Source: an uncultured delta proteobacterium (GTDB lineage Bacteria > Desulfobacterota > BSN033 > UBA1163). Taken from it: DNA of 64,000 nucleotides. This document shows, one piece after another, positions 31,201 through 40,386 of this stretch. Location: NCBI GenBank assembly GCA_963708295.1, contig CAVPSJ010000018.1:1-64000 (forward strand), in the 5' to 3' direction. The first letter of the stretch is position 1. Every line of letters starts with the position of its first letter. A program made the position numbers and the translations under genes. A model generated the notes under the pieces. It worked only from the letters and a program-made list of their open reading frames with translations. It did not search any database and was not told where the DNA came from.

Positions 31201-31800
31201 GATTTGAAGGTAAGACGAATTCTCTTTAAGCGCAGCGTCATCGAAGAGTTCGAGGAAGGGCGAGAACGCGGGATTTCTGTTGCCCAGCCAGAGCATGACC
31301 ATCTCCTCTAATACCACGAGGCGGTGGGAAACACCTGCCGTTTCCCCTTCCAGGTAGCTCTCGGTTTCTACTTCTCCTCGGTAGACCGCTACTGCCGGGA
31401 ATTCTTCCGCAAACTGCCGAAGGACCTCCTCTACCTTTTGTTTGCCCAATTTTTCATAAAGCCAATCCAGAGCCTGCTGGATCACTTTCGGATTCTTTTC
31501 ATCCCGATACAGGCCGACGACATAATGGAGGATTTCATCAATCAACCCCATGGCATTGATCTGGCCGGCTTTGATCGCCCGATCGGGAAAACTGATCAGG
31601 TCCTTTTTTTCGTTCATCCTCTGGGCAAACAATCTTGCCGCATGGAAGTTGAGGAAGATGATATTCCCGCTTAAGGAATAAAGAGATTCATCAAATTGGT
31701 AGAGGTCCCGTGCCTTCCGGGAGATGTGGAATTCCATTCTCAGGGTGTTCTTCTGGCGTCTCATGCTATCCAATATAGGCCATTCTCCTGCCGGACTCAA
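28258..31800 (-). CDS. Large GH13 alpha-amylase-family protein
   Basis: SDMVPNH, IIRFDAAM (nucleophile), LLAEAFW (acid/base), FMSNPDE; true start may be 31764. Confidence 0.88.
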   Translation of the reverse strand: MSPAGEWPILDSMRRQKNTLRMEFHISRKARDLYQFDESLYSLSGNIIFLNFHAARLFAQRMNEKKDLISFPDRAIKAGQINAMGLIDEILHYVVGLYRDEKNPKVIQQALDWLYEKLGKQKVEEVLRQFAEEFPAVAVYRGEVETESYLEGETAGVSHRLVVLEEMVMLWLGNRNPAFSPFLELFDDAALKENSSYLQIIETLHSFFDQQPFFGPDHQNLVDMLRSPALAVPHSLSGQLAYIREKWGYLLGSYLLRVLSSLDLVKEEEIAELRRMASWSRAPAEVYEFLGMEDEPEHFSFDLEWMPKLVLMAKNVYVWLHQLSRKYRRSIYRLDQIPDEELNLLDRWGFTGLWLIGVWERSLASRRIKEILGDPDAVASAYSLFDYQIASDLGGEEAFQNLKDRAWRRGIRMASDMVPNHVGIDSRWVIEHPDWFVSLDYSPFPAYRFSGPDLSWHGEVGIYLEDHYFDRSDAAVVFKRVDRRTGNEKFVYHGNDGTRMPWNDTAQLNYLNPEVREGVIQTILHVARKFPIIRFDAAMTLAKRHYQRLWFPEPGTGGAIPSRAEHGLSKKQFNDLLPEEFWRQVVDRVAQEAPDTLLLAEAFWLLEGYFVRTLGMHRVYNSAFMNMLKDEENSKYRSVIKNTLEFNPEVLKRFVNFMSNPDEETAVTQFGKGDKYFGVCTMMVTLPGLPMLAHGQVEGFNEKYGMEYRYAKWDEQPDQGLIVRHEREIFPLMKRRHLFADVKNFLLYDFFTPEGTVNEDVFAYSNRVGDERGLILYHNKYGSARGWVRSSVAYSVKTGDGDERALVQKDLGEGLGLHKDQDYFCIFRDNVAGLEYIRCSRELYEKGLYVELDAYKYHVFIDFREVRDDSSRHYSHIAADLDGRGVPSIEEVLKEMLLQPLQNAFQQLVNVGIFRHFMEARITRLQAELDQNLMEEIERNVIHLIQETKRLSRGTEDGMTTVRDIRRKLEAILYLPVLTSRYPRLQPRGVQAAAEYLHKRLTDSPVPWATLFGWLFVHALGRVVHPGDFAEQSRTWIAEWRLGKTIFGMLKDLGLEEAAAWGSLTVIKWLTGHQKWFETKPSDPNPASTTLESLLRDGDLRQFLQINQSRDIWWFNKEAFEEMLWWLMMVAAVTIGSDPLRPVNGVIEELERCYSMIQKWQQAEEKSEYQVEKLLAALQD

Positions 31801-31903
31801 GGGGAATTATAGATCAGCGAGCATCCTCAAAGCCGTGCTCATACAAACGCAGTAATTTTTTTCCTATACCCCTGACTCCCCCCTCCCCCGTCCTCTCCCC
31901 TCG

Positions 31904-32143
31904 GGGGCTGTGTCGTAATTAAACAAATACCGCTTCCGTTGCAAGGCGGGACAGGCAGCCAGGCTCCGAAGCTTTAGGGCGGAAACCTTTTATCGCTCAG
32001 CTATTGAGCTGCAAATCCATGAAGAGATTGTATTTGCAAGAAGATCGATCACCCATAACTCTAAAAGACCGCATGCCTAACGCTGAGGAACCTGATTCCT
32101 GTCCCGCCAGTATCTCCCCTCATGATGATTGCGACACAGTCCC
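31904..32143. repeat. Structured dispersed repeat, copy A (MITE-like)
   Basis: Terminal IR GGGGCTGTGTCGTAAT/ATTGCGACACAGTCCC; inner IR GGCGGGACAGG/CCTGTCCCGCC; alignable to 44640-44837 and 35271-35359. Confidence 0.75.
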
Positions 32144-32222
32144 CTGGGAGTGAGGGAAGTCAGCATGGATTTTTTCCCGTTCCCTTGCATCTTCGATTCG
32201 TTGCCGCTATAATTCGCGCGCG

Positions 32223-33008
32223 ATGAAATACAAGCATGTTCTTGCCCTCAACCCCTATTTCGGGGATGCCACCGCACTGATCGGGGTTTTTCCTCCGACC
32301 GGACTGGAATACATCGCCGCAAGCATGAAAGACCTGGTTGGTAAGCTGACTCTTCTCGACCTTCGGTATGAGAAGGCCTACCAGGACCCTAAGGCACTCA
32401 GCGATTTCATAAGAAACGAGATCGATCTACTCTGCGTGAGCATCCGATGGGAATCTCGGTTCGAGGAAATCTGTGATTTCGTCTCCCAGCTGCCTCTCGA
32501 GGTCTGCACCGTTGTCGGAGGGTATAAAGCGACGGAGGAAGTCCAGTACCTGTTTGACCGTTGTCCGAATATCGATATGATCGTACGGGGTGAGGGAGAG
32601 GATATTATCAAACAGATCGTTTCCGGAGCTCCGTCAGAGGATATTCGCGGGCTTTCCTATCGGAAGAACGGAAGTATCGTCCACAACGAAATCCACCCCC
32701 TGCCCGACATCACGAAGGTTCCGTTTCCTGACCGGTCCCTGAGAAAACACGATTATCACATGATGAAGTTCGGTATTCAAATCAGCAGTCACACCTTCGA
32801 CACGGTACTGACCACGAGGGGATGTCCGTTCAACTGCAAATTCTGCACGTTCAGTCTCAACCCTCTCGGGCAGAAGAGGAACTACACGGAGCGAACCGTC
32901 GAATCTGTCGTCGAAGAGCTGAAGACGGTGACGGCGGATGTCGTTCTCTTCAGCGATGATCCGGGATCTCTACTCCCACCTCTCAAATCATCATCGAAAA
33001 TCTTTTAA
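32223..33008 (+). pseudogene. B12-binding radical SAM protein, C-terminally truncated
   Basis: PPTGLEYIAA, VRGEGE, RGCPFNCKFC; homology ends at VLFSDD and most of the barrel is missing. Confidence 0.75.
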
Positions 33009-33062
33009 CAAACCTTTCAGGAGTTCTTGTTCAATCTTTTATCCCGTGGTATGTTTCTAAGC

Positions 33063-34604
33063 ATGGCTGACCGGTGGGATGCGATCATCGTAGGGGCGGG
33101 AGTCGGAGGACTCACAGCCGCCTCCATGCTGGTGAAAGCAGGGTTGCGTGTTTTGGCCCTGGAGAGAAACCCCCATCCTGGCGGCACGGCCTACGTGTAC
33201 CATCGCAAAGGATTCACTTTTCCGATGGGGCCTCTCGGATTCAGCACTCCTGGGCTTATCAGAGAAACTCTCAAACGATTGGACGGAGATGATCTCAAAC
33301 TTTTGCCCGTCCGATATCGAGTCAAGGCATTTGACCTGGACATCCCCGTTTCGCTCACATTCTCGAAGATGATTGAAGAACTGACAAAACTTTTTCCCAA
33401 AGAGGGTAAGTCTGTCAAACAATTTTTCAAAGAGATGAAAGAGATCGTGTCTGCAATGCAATTTCCGGATAACCCATCCAACCGCTCCCTTCTTGAGGAA
33501 ACCTCTAACAGGTCAGCTCTAGAATATCTCTCGGGGATGGTAAAGGATGGAAGGCTCCGGCGCGTCTTGGGAAGCATCGGCACCCAGGAGCCTTACAGCA
33601 ACCTTCCCCTAATGGCTTCCATGTGGAACCTGATGTCTCATGAAAAGATTTGGTATCCCGAAGGGGGGATGCGCGTATTTTGCGAAAGGTTGGTTCGGGC
33701 GGTGGTTGGGCATCGACGAAATCGTCAGGGCGTCGGAGAAATGAAATTAGGAGTGGAGGTTTCACAGATTCGAGTGGAGAAGGGGAAAGTTCTGGGGGTC
33801 ATCCTCAAGGATGGGACAACAGTGGAGTCCCCTGCCGTTATTTCCAACGCCGATTATAAAACCACCTTTATCAAACTGATGGATCCCGGATCGGTTCCTG
33901 AGGAGTGGCATCGCGCCGTGATCAACGCCAGGCAAACGAAGTCTATCCTGCAGGTATGTCTGGGTGTGGATACAAGCAAAGTTGATCTTTCTTCCTTTGA
34001 TCAAGCCGATCGGCTGATCTACAAACGAGGCCACGAGAATTCACCCGAGGCGTTTAATAGGAGATCAGAGGCAATACATACGGAAGCCCTCGCAAGTCAG
34101 GAATTGGAAATCAGTTTTTGGAGCAAGAACCATAAAGCTCTTGCACCGGGAGGAGCAGGAGTGATCGTGATTCGAACCGAAGCTGACCATTCCGATTTTA
34201 TCAGATACAGATCCACCTGGCGGAACAGGCTTCCTGGATACCGGGATGTCAAAATCCGACTGGGAAGAGCTTTGATTCAGGAATCCGAGAATGTCATTCC
34301 GGGATTGGAGAAAGCGATTTTGGTTATGGATGTCGCCACACCTCTCACATTTGAGGAGCAGGGGGGCAGGAGCGGGGGAGCCGTGGCAGGCTGGTCATGG
34401 AATTATGAAGATTGTCCGGATTACCGGCCCCGGGAATTGGTGAGGACGCCTATCCAGGGCCTCTATCTGGCAGGCTATCAGGCCTTCTCGACGATCTTCA
34501 TGGGTGGCCTTCCCACGGCCATGGAAAGCGGGAAGCGGGCATCCCAGGCTGTATTGCAGGGTGCTGGACCGCTGGGTGAAATCATGATTCCGAGTGAGGG
34601 GTGA
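33063..34604 (+). CDS. Phytoene-desaturase-like NAD(P)/FAD oxidoreductase
   Basis: IIVGAGVGGL, ERNPHPGG, YPEGGM, VISNAD, ATPLT, TPIQGLYLAG. Confidence 0.85.
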   Translation: MADRWDAIIVGAGVGGLTAASMLVKAGLRVLALERNPHPGGTAYVYHRKGFTFPMGPLGFSTPGLIRETLKRLDGDDLKLLPVRYRVKAFDLDIPVSLTFSKMIEELTKLFPKEGKSVKQFFKEMKEIVSAMQFPDNPSNRSLLEETSNRSALEYLSGMVKDGRLRRVLGSIGTQEPYSNLPLMASMWNLMSHEKIWYPEGGMRVFCERLVRAVVGHRRNRQGVGEMKLGVEVSQIRVEKGKVLGVILKDGTTVESPAVISNADYKTTFIKLMDPGSVPEEWHRAVINARQTKSILQVCLGVDTSKVDLSSFDQADRLIYKRGHENSPEAFNRRSEAIHTEALASQELEISFWSKNHKALAPGGAGVIVIRTEADHSDFIRYRSTWRNRLPGYRDVKIRLGRALIQESENVIPGLEKAILVMDVATPLTFEEQGGRSGGAVAGWSWNYEDCPDYRPRELVRTPIQGLYLAGYQAFSTIFMGGLPTAMESGKRASQAVLQGAGPLGEIMIPSEG

Positions 34605-34639
34605 AGGGATGACATCCTTTATCGCAAGTCCTTTGGTTT

Positions 34640-34939
34640 TCATGGTCGACAGGCTTGAATTTGGGACTGCCTGCATACCTTCATGATCATCGTGAATATT
34701 TTTCTTAAGTCCTCTTCCTTTAAAGGACCCCTATTTTTCCGTTTTAATCTATCTAAGATTTCCCTTTCTCTCTCCGCATCATAAATCTTTTTCCCCATCT
34801 CTCTTTTAACCTTTCCTATTTCAAGGGTTAAGCGGAGCCGCCGGTTGAGAAGCGTTAACAATTCTTGATTGATGCGATCCAATTCTTTCCTTCTTTTTAT
34901 CAATTTCAGCGAGAGATGTGATCGAACCTCTGTTCTCAT
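34640..34939 (-). CDS. Stand-alone chorismate mutase (AroQ/CM_2)
   Basis: RKELDRINQELLTLLNRR..IGKVK..IYDAEREREIL..SQIQ. Confidence 0.8.
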   Translation of the reverse strand: MRTEVRSHLSLKLIKRRKELDRINQELLTLLNRRLRLTLEIGKVKREMGKKIYDAEREREILDRLKRKNRGPLKEEDLRKIFTMIMKVCRQSQIQACRP

Positions 34940-34959
34940 TTTTCAACCCCCTCTCAATC

Positions 34960-35184
34960 TTCACCGCGGAGCCGCAGAGAACGCGGAGAAAGGATATTTT
35001 ATTTGGCGGAGAGATACCGCCAAATAAAAAGATTTCCATCTCTAAAGACAAGGCTCATGGTAGGCACTCAGCCATCAAACGGATCGATCATAGTCTCATC
35101 GGGATGGCTTCTGTTCCAATCGCCGTCTCCCGATTGGAGCGGAAGGAAACTCTCCCTCGGCGACCTCCGCGTCTCTGCGGTGAA
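34960..35184. repeat. Palindromic intergenic element
   Basis: TTCACCGCGGAGCCGCAGAGAACGCGGAG ... CTCGGCGACCTCCGCGTCTCTGCGGTGAA ends; inner hairpin TTTATTTGGCGG/CCGCCAAATAAA. Confidence 0.7.
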
Positions 35185-35270
35185 ACCTTATAGCGAAGGC
35201 GGCCAAAATTAGCGGCTGAACCCAATGAAATCAACGCGACCCCGAAAAATTCCGCTTAATTTGGACAGAG

Positions 35271-35359
35271 GGATCACCCCTAATCCTAAAGGACCTGCGT
35301 TCTAAAGCTTTGGAGCCCGACTGCCTCTCCCCTGAGACGTTCCATTGCAACACAGCCCC
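35271..35359. repeat. Structured dispersed repeat, partial copy C (3' half)
   Basis: GATCACCCCTAATCCTAAAGGACCTGCGTTCTAAAGC..GGAGCC..ATTGCAACACAGCCCC matches the 3' halves of copies A and B. Confidence 0.6.
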
Positions 35360-35419
35360 TGAGAGGAGTCAGCATTTCCACCTATTGCTCAGGAAATCCC
35401 TCCGTGCTATATTTTCGTC

Positions 35420-35800
35420 ATGATGACACCCAAACGCTGTCGTGCCTACTATTATGGAGGGCTTCCGACGAAAGGGTCAAGACGAAAGGGCCGGATCTGG
35501 GTTGAAGCAAACCAGTTCTGCTTTGAAGTCCCGGAAGGGAAAGGAGGCGAAAGGATCCAGCTCAGAATTCCCTTCTCTGCGATATCGAAAGTTTTTCTCA
35601 CGCGCGATCATTACTACGGAGTCGATACTGTCCTTTTCAACCTCACCTTTCGCGATCAAGCGGAGCAATCTTTCACCTTGAGGTTTGCACCCATTATCCT
35701 CATTCCCAGAAGACGGATTGCGCTCCAGAAGGAGTGGTTCGACTATTTGGCCAATGCCATCAACTCTTTGGGAAGCCCTTCTCCTCTCCCCACCAGATAA
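35420..35800 (+). CDS. Hypothetical protein (possible PH-like fold)
   Basis: YYGGLP..GRIWVEANQFCF..RIPFSAISKV, beta-rich with a terminal helix. Confidence 0.6.
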   Translation: MMTPKRCRAYYYGGLPTKGSRRKGRIWVEANQFCFEVPEGKGGERIQLRIPFSAISKVFLTRDHYYGVDTVLFNLTFRDQAEQSFTLRFAPIILIPRRRIALQKEWFDYLANAINSLGSPSPLPTR

Positions 35801-37266
35801 TCTTTATACTCTTCGTAGTTCGGCTGCACCCAGATGGGGGTTCCGAAGATCTCGTGCATCATAATGTTAAAAGCGACTTTGGTGATGTAGTACCGGTGAT
35901 GGTGCCTCAGGATGGGGTTGGGTGAAAATATCTTCAGCATTTCTCCGGGCCGCCAGTAGTAGCGCCTCATGATGTCCCGGTAGATCAGGTTCAACTGCTC
36001 CAGGTCATCCACTTCCTTAGCCGACATGACCGCATGAAGATAGTCATAATTACGATAATCCCAATCCTTGATCCTTCCTAGCTTCTTCATTTCGAAAAAG
36101 AGTGGGGTCCCCGGAATCGGCGTAATGAGGTTTAGACCGAAGTGATCCACATACTTTCCAAAAAATTTGAAAAACTCGTTCCGATCCTTTTCGGTTTCAG
36201 TCCAGTGACCGATGAGAAGGGTGGCCATGACCATCAGTCTATGCTTCTTCAGAAGTTCCATGGCCTTGACGGCCTGCTCGGTCGTCTGGTGCTTTTTGAT
36301 ATCCTTGAGCACGGAATCGGAATGGTATTCGAGTCCCATCATGAACTGGTAAACTCCCGCCTCACGAAAACCGTCCAGAAGATCTTCGTCCCGGATGACG
36401 AGATCTGCCCTCGATTGCAGCCAGAAATGCTGATTCGTCTTTCGCTTGAGCATCTCCTCGATAAAACCAATTCCCTGCTCCCGTGTGACGTTGAAGGTAT
36501 TGTCGCCGACATAAAAGATGGACCGATTATATTTTTCTTTCAGGAGCTCAAGCTCGTCTGCAATCAGTTTCGGGCTCCTTCTCCTCCAGGTCTTTTTATA
36601 AAAGGCCGACTCCGAGCAAAACGTGCAATCCCAGAGGCACCCCCTCGAGAAATTAACCACGAGTCCCGCCTTCCCTTCCGAAGGAAGCTCGACAAACGGG
36701 TGATCCATCTTGGCGAGGTGGTAAGCAGGCAGCGGAAGCGTATCGAGGTTTTCGATGAAGGGACGATCACCGGTATAGACGAATCTTCCTTTCTCGTCGA
36801 GATAGGCGAGCCCCAGAACTTTGGAGAGGTCTTCCTTCTTCTCAAAGGCACGCAGAAATTCAGCCAGTGTGACCTCTCCCTCTCCCACACAGATATAATC
36901 AATGGCAGGACAATCCCGGAGCGTCTCTTCGGCCATGAAGGAGGGGTGTTCTCCTCCCATGATGAGGGTCGTTTGAGGATTGGCCGCTTTAATCAAACCG
37001 GCCGCATTCATCCCGTCGTAGAGGAAGGCGGTGCAGATCACAGAGATGCCCACGACATCCGGCTTCTCTCTCCGGATCTTCTCTTCAAGGTCCCTCCAGG
37101 GGTCTTCGTTCAGGGTGCAATCCATATAGTCGATGTCGAATTGCTCCCTTTCCAGGTAGCCTAATAACTGAAGGCATCCCGGGGAAGGCGTCCAGGCCCG
37201 AAGAATGGTCCAGATTTTATGGGGTGGATCGACCAATAAGAATCGAATACAAAACCTCCTGGCCAA
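35743..37266 (-). CDS. Cobalamin-dependent radical SAM enzyme
   Basis: GGEHPS, VGEGE, FSRGCLWDCTFC, GDNTF, TPIPGT. Confidence 0.9.
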   Translation of the reverse strand: MARRFCIRFLLVDPPHKIWTILRAWTPSPGCLQLLGYLEREQFDIDYMDCTLNEDPWRDLEEKIRREKPDVVGISVICTAFLYDGMNAAGLIKAANPQTTLIMGGEHPSFMAEETLRDCPAIDYICVGEGEVTLAEFLRAFEKKEDLSKVLGLAYLDEKGRFVYTGDRPFIENLDTLPLPAYHLAKMDHPFVELPSEGKAGLVVNFSRGCLWDCTFCSESAFYKKTWRRRSPKLIADELELLKEKYNRSIFYVGDNTFNVTREQGIGFIEEMLKRKTNQHFWLQSRADLVIRDEDLLDGFREAGVYQFMMGLEYHSDSVLKDIKKHQTTEQAVKAMELLKKHRLMVMATLLIGHWTETEKDRNEFFKFFGKYVDHFGLNLITPIPGTPLFFEMKKLGRIKDWDYRNYDYLHAVMSAKEVDDLEQLNLIYRDIMRRYYWRPGEMLKIFSPNPILRHHHRYYITKVAFNIMMHEIFGTPIWVQPNYEEYKDYLVGRGEGLPKELMALAK

Positions 37267-37274
37267 GAAAAGCG

Positions 37275-38528
37275 CTACTCTCTTCTGAGACGTGATTTGA
37301 CATGGTGTTTCAGCAGGGATTTGAAAGGAGGGATACGAAAGATGAAATGGGAACGGGGGATTTCAAAAATTTCTCCGGACACAAGTTTTTCAGAAAAGTC
37401 TCTGACCTTTTTGGCTGCCTGCTCCACTTCCTTCTTTTTGACGACGGCCACCCTTTCAAAAAAGTTTTCACAATAATTGCATTGTGAACAGGATGCCTGA
37501 TTACAATCCGCATTCTTAAAATGATCGATAAACCCCTCCAATTTTTGATTATCCAGTTGAACCAATTCCCTGACCTCTAAATCAAAGACCTTTTCCAATT
37601 CGGAGACCTTCATAATATTGACATGCTCGGGCTGGATAAAATATTCCAGATGGATCGGGGTGAACGCTCCTTTTCTGGGAAGGGTGAACAGGTCTAAGAG
37701 GTTTCCATCATACCGGCGGTTTTCGTAGACCCTGACATTCTCAAGGAGAAGAGGAGTCCGCTTGAAACGCTCCGTGATTTTGAAACGCTCGTAGCCAACG
37801 GCTTCATAGTGACGGAGATCCTCCGGCCTGATCCACGGGGATTTCAACAGCTCCACAGGATCGGTCAGTTTTCTGTAAAGGCAAAGGTATCCCGGGTATT
37901 GGAGATAACAGTATTGCTCTTCCTCTCCTTCCCTTGAGGCATGGCCATCGTGATTGACGTGTTCGTAATTGTAGGGACATTGCCAGAGGCAGATGTTATT
38001 GACGATCAATTCCAGATGACACTTCACCGCTTTCCGGATCGCTTCGAGCGTCTTGAACTCCCGGTTGATGTGCTCATCAATGATGATTTCCTCTACCCCC
38101 ATGTCTTCATACTGGAGGGCCTTTCTTACCGTGTTGACCCGGGCAACCGTCGACACTTTTATTTTGAGGCGCGGAAAACGTTTTCTCACGAGATCGATCA
38201 GGTAGGGAATACCCACGGTCACAGCATCGGCCCCGGACCGGTCGATCCATTCAAGAAGCTCGACCAGCTGCCCATAGCCCTTTTTGGAATACTGGAGGTT
38301 TCCGAGACAGGGGGCATTGAGAAGATAGCTGAATTCCAGCCCCCGTTCGTGGCAAGCCTTGATGTAAGCTTCCACATCCGCTCGTTTAATTTGCGGAAGA
38401 ACAAACCCGGGCCTTGCCCCCCCGACGATATCAAAAGGGAGCTTGCCGAAAAGAGCATCTACAGATGACCCTTTTACAGCATCCAGAAAGGCAATATCCC
38501 AATTGGCACCGACCCGCAGTTTCATCAT
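37275..38528 (-). CDS. U32-family protein (putative Fe-S O2-independent hydroxylase)
   Basis: YLLNAPC, ELIVNNICLWQCPY, WIRPEDL..Y..FKITER; C-terminal C-x4-CxxCxxC. Confidence 0.85.
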   Translation of the reverse strand: MMKLRVGANWDIAFLDAVKGSSVDALFGKLPFDIVGGARPGFVLPQIKRADVEAYIKACHERGLEFSYLLNAPCLGNLQYSKKGYGQLVELLEWIDRSGADAVTVGIPYLIDLVRKRFPRLKIKVSTVARVNTVRKALQYEDMGVEEIIIDEHINREFKTLEAIRKAVKCHLELIVNNICLWQCPYNYEHVNHDGHASREGEEEQYCYLQYPGYLCLYRKLTDPVELLKSPWIRPEDLRHYEAVGYERFKITERFKRTPLLLENVRVYENRRYDGNLLDLFTLPRKGAFTPIHLEYFIQPEHVNIMKVSELEKVFDLEVRELVQLDNQKLEGFIDHFKNADCNQASCSQCNYCENFFERVAVVKKKEVEQAAKKVRDFSEKLVSGEIFEIPRSHFIFRIPPFKSLLKHHVKSRLRRE

Positions 38529-38746
38529 TTATTAAGGTAACATGCGGAACGATTTCTTTTCAAGGGAGCGGCTTCAAATCTGCACAATCGGATTAAACCT
38601 TAAGCTTGATGATTTCAAGAAGGAGTCCTCAGAAAACGGGGTTACGTATAGTACCTGCTACTAAATACTTCCGCTCAATAATGAAATTCAGTATTACCGT
38701 TAGAAATGCTGATCCCGGCTATGGATATAAGTATTTTTCTGTCGGT

Positions 38747-38978
38747 GGACTGAGGCTGGAAAAGCACCCGGACAAGACCTTTATCGGGCGTATAGAGAAA
38801 GGGTTTGATTTTCTGGGATATCACTTCAGCCCTGTAGGGTTTTCAATGGCTGAAAAGACGATAGAGAAGTTTCTTGCACGTGCAGACCGGCTTTATGAGC
38901 AAGAGCCGGGGGGAGACGTTTGCGTTTGCCCCCTCCCGGCTTGCAAAGTACGTGCAGCGATGGATCAGGTGGGTGTAT
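38747..38978 (+). pseudogene. C-terminal remnant of a group II intron-like reverse transcriptase
   Basis: GLRLEKHPDKTFIGRIEKGFDFLGYHF (RT6-7) ..RLYEQ..YVQRWIRW; no upstream YxDD region. Confidence 0.75.
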
Positions 38979-39095
38979 GGCGGCATAACACTCCGTACAA
39001 AGGAGGCTAATGCGGGGCCGTAGGACGTTATGCCAAAATGGTGCGTCTCGGATGGAGGTTTGTTTTAATCCACCGCCTCATTGCTAATTAAGGTC

Positions 39096-39770
39096 TCACT
39101 TGTGGCCAATATCATGTTGCCAGATCAAAACCGAGGAGGAATTGCCGATCAGTAAAGGCTGCGTGCACCGAGGATCAGGGCTAATGGGGGGCGATATGAT
39201 CGCCACATCCGGTAAACCTCCATTCAATATTATCGTCTTACCGTCTGGGGAGATAGTACCCTCAAGTGTAAGCTCGCTGAGGTGCGAGGGGGGTTGTCCT
39301 TTATTAGGGCCGGAGATCCAAGTAGAACTGAAAGTTGTTGGATCCGCGGTAATTGTAATCATGCCGTCTTTATCGACGGTGTAGGCGAATGAATATGAGG
39401 CCGTGCGAATCCCTGCCCATGGCGTACGACCCACCTGTTGCGGCGCAATAGAATAATGAGTAACCACTCGGTGCGTCGATGAAACCGTTCCGGTGCCGTT
39501 TGGCTCGAATGTGAAAACAGCCTGCATGCTCACCGCCTGTATCGCCCAAGCGCCATCCGCAGCACCATTGGGGACATATAGATCATCCGGAGCTGGAGGA
39601 GGAGGAAATCCGCAAATGGCGATGAGTTGTGTCGCGCTGCCTGTAGAGGCGTATTGACCCCGTATGGCGCGATGGTAAGGTTGACCGGCCGGTACCGTGG
39701 CGGCCAATATAAAAGTCGCTATGACAGTGATAATCATGAGTAATACCAGCTTCTTAATGTGTCCTTTCAT
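39096..39770 (-). CDS. Exported beta-rich hypothetical protein
   Basis: Signal peptide; IRGQYASTG, FTFEPNGTGT, LEGTISPDGKTI; RBS GAGGAGG. Confidence 0.75.
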   Translation of the reverse strand: MKGHIKKLVLLMIITVIATFILAATVPAGQPYHRAIRGQYASTGSATQLIAICGFPPPPAPDDLYVPNGAADGAWAIQAVSMQAVFTFEPNGTGTVSSTHRVVTHYSIAPQQVGRTPWAGIRTASYSFAYTVDKDGMITITADPTTFSSTWISGPNKGQPPSHLSELTLEGTISPDGKTIILNGGLPDVAIISPPISPDPRCTQPLLIGNSSSVLIWQHDIGHK

Positions 39771-40297
39771 AGTTGACCCTCCTCTTCAGCGATTCTTTAA
39801 GATCGCTTCAACATATGTTGTTCCGTTTTCTGAACAATAACCCTCCTTCTTCCCAATTCGATTGGCTCATAGGACATCACCTCCTTCCGGATTTTAATTG
39901 CTAGTAACCGAACATTTCGTGCTGCAACGCAGCCTCTTCATTAAACTGCCGTCAGTAGGGATACTCGCCCGGTGTGTCTATCCCCAATCTGAAGTGCCGA
40001 TTCAGCTCCGGGTGCGTATCCACGAGAAAAAGACTCCCGTGACAACCGCTCAAAGCAAAGACAAAAACGATGATTAGACCCAGCGTTCTCCACATCTTGA
40101 ATCTCCTTAGTTGGCGAGACCATTAGGTCTTGAAGAATTAACGTGAAAACAACCAAATACCTTGGAAATATTCTCGTTTTCTTTTTTTGCCTTCTTATGA
40201 ATTCGCATTGGATTCAACTAGAAATCGTAATGATGATAATTGTTGTCCTGAATAACCATTTTTAGATTGACGCCATTTTAGGCATATGATATGGTTC

Positions 40298-40317
40298 CTG
40301 ACGGTACGTACCGTCAG
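40298..40317. promoter_or_regulatory. Perfect 20-bp palindromic operator
   Basis: CTGACGGTAC-GTACCGTCAG directly after TTGACG(40267)-17-TATGGT. Confidence 0.7.
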
Positions 40318-40386
40318 ATTTTTTTTATTATTTCTGGTCCTGATGAAATCTTCTGTCTTTTCAATAAGATTTCAGCGGATGGGAAA

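Noticed and set aside
38606-39010. Functional group II intron, retron or DGR
   Set aside because: Only the RT6-7 and thumb fragment remains; no YxDD, recognisable domain V, or TR/VR pair.
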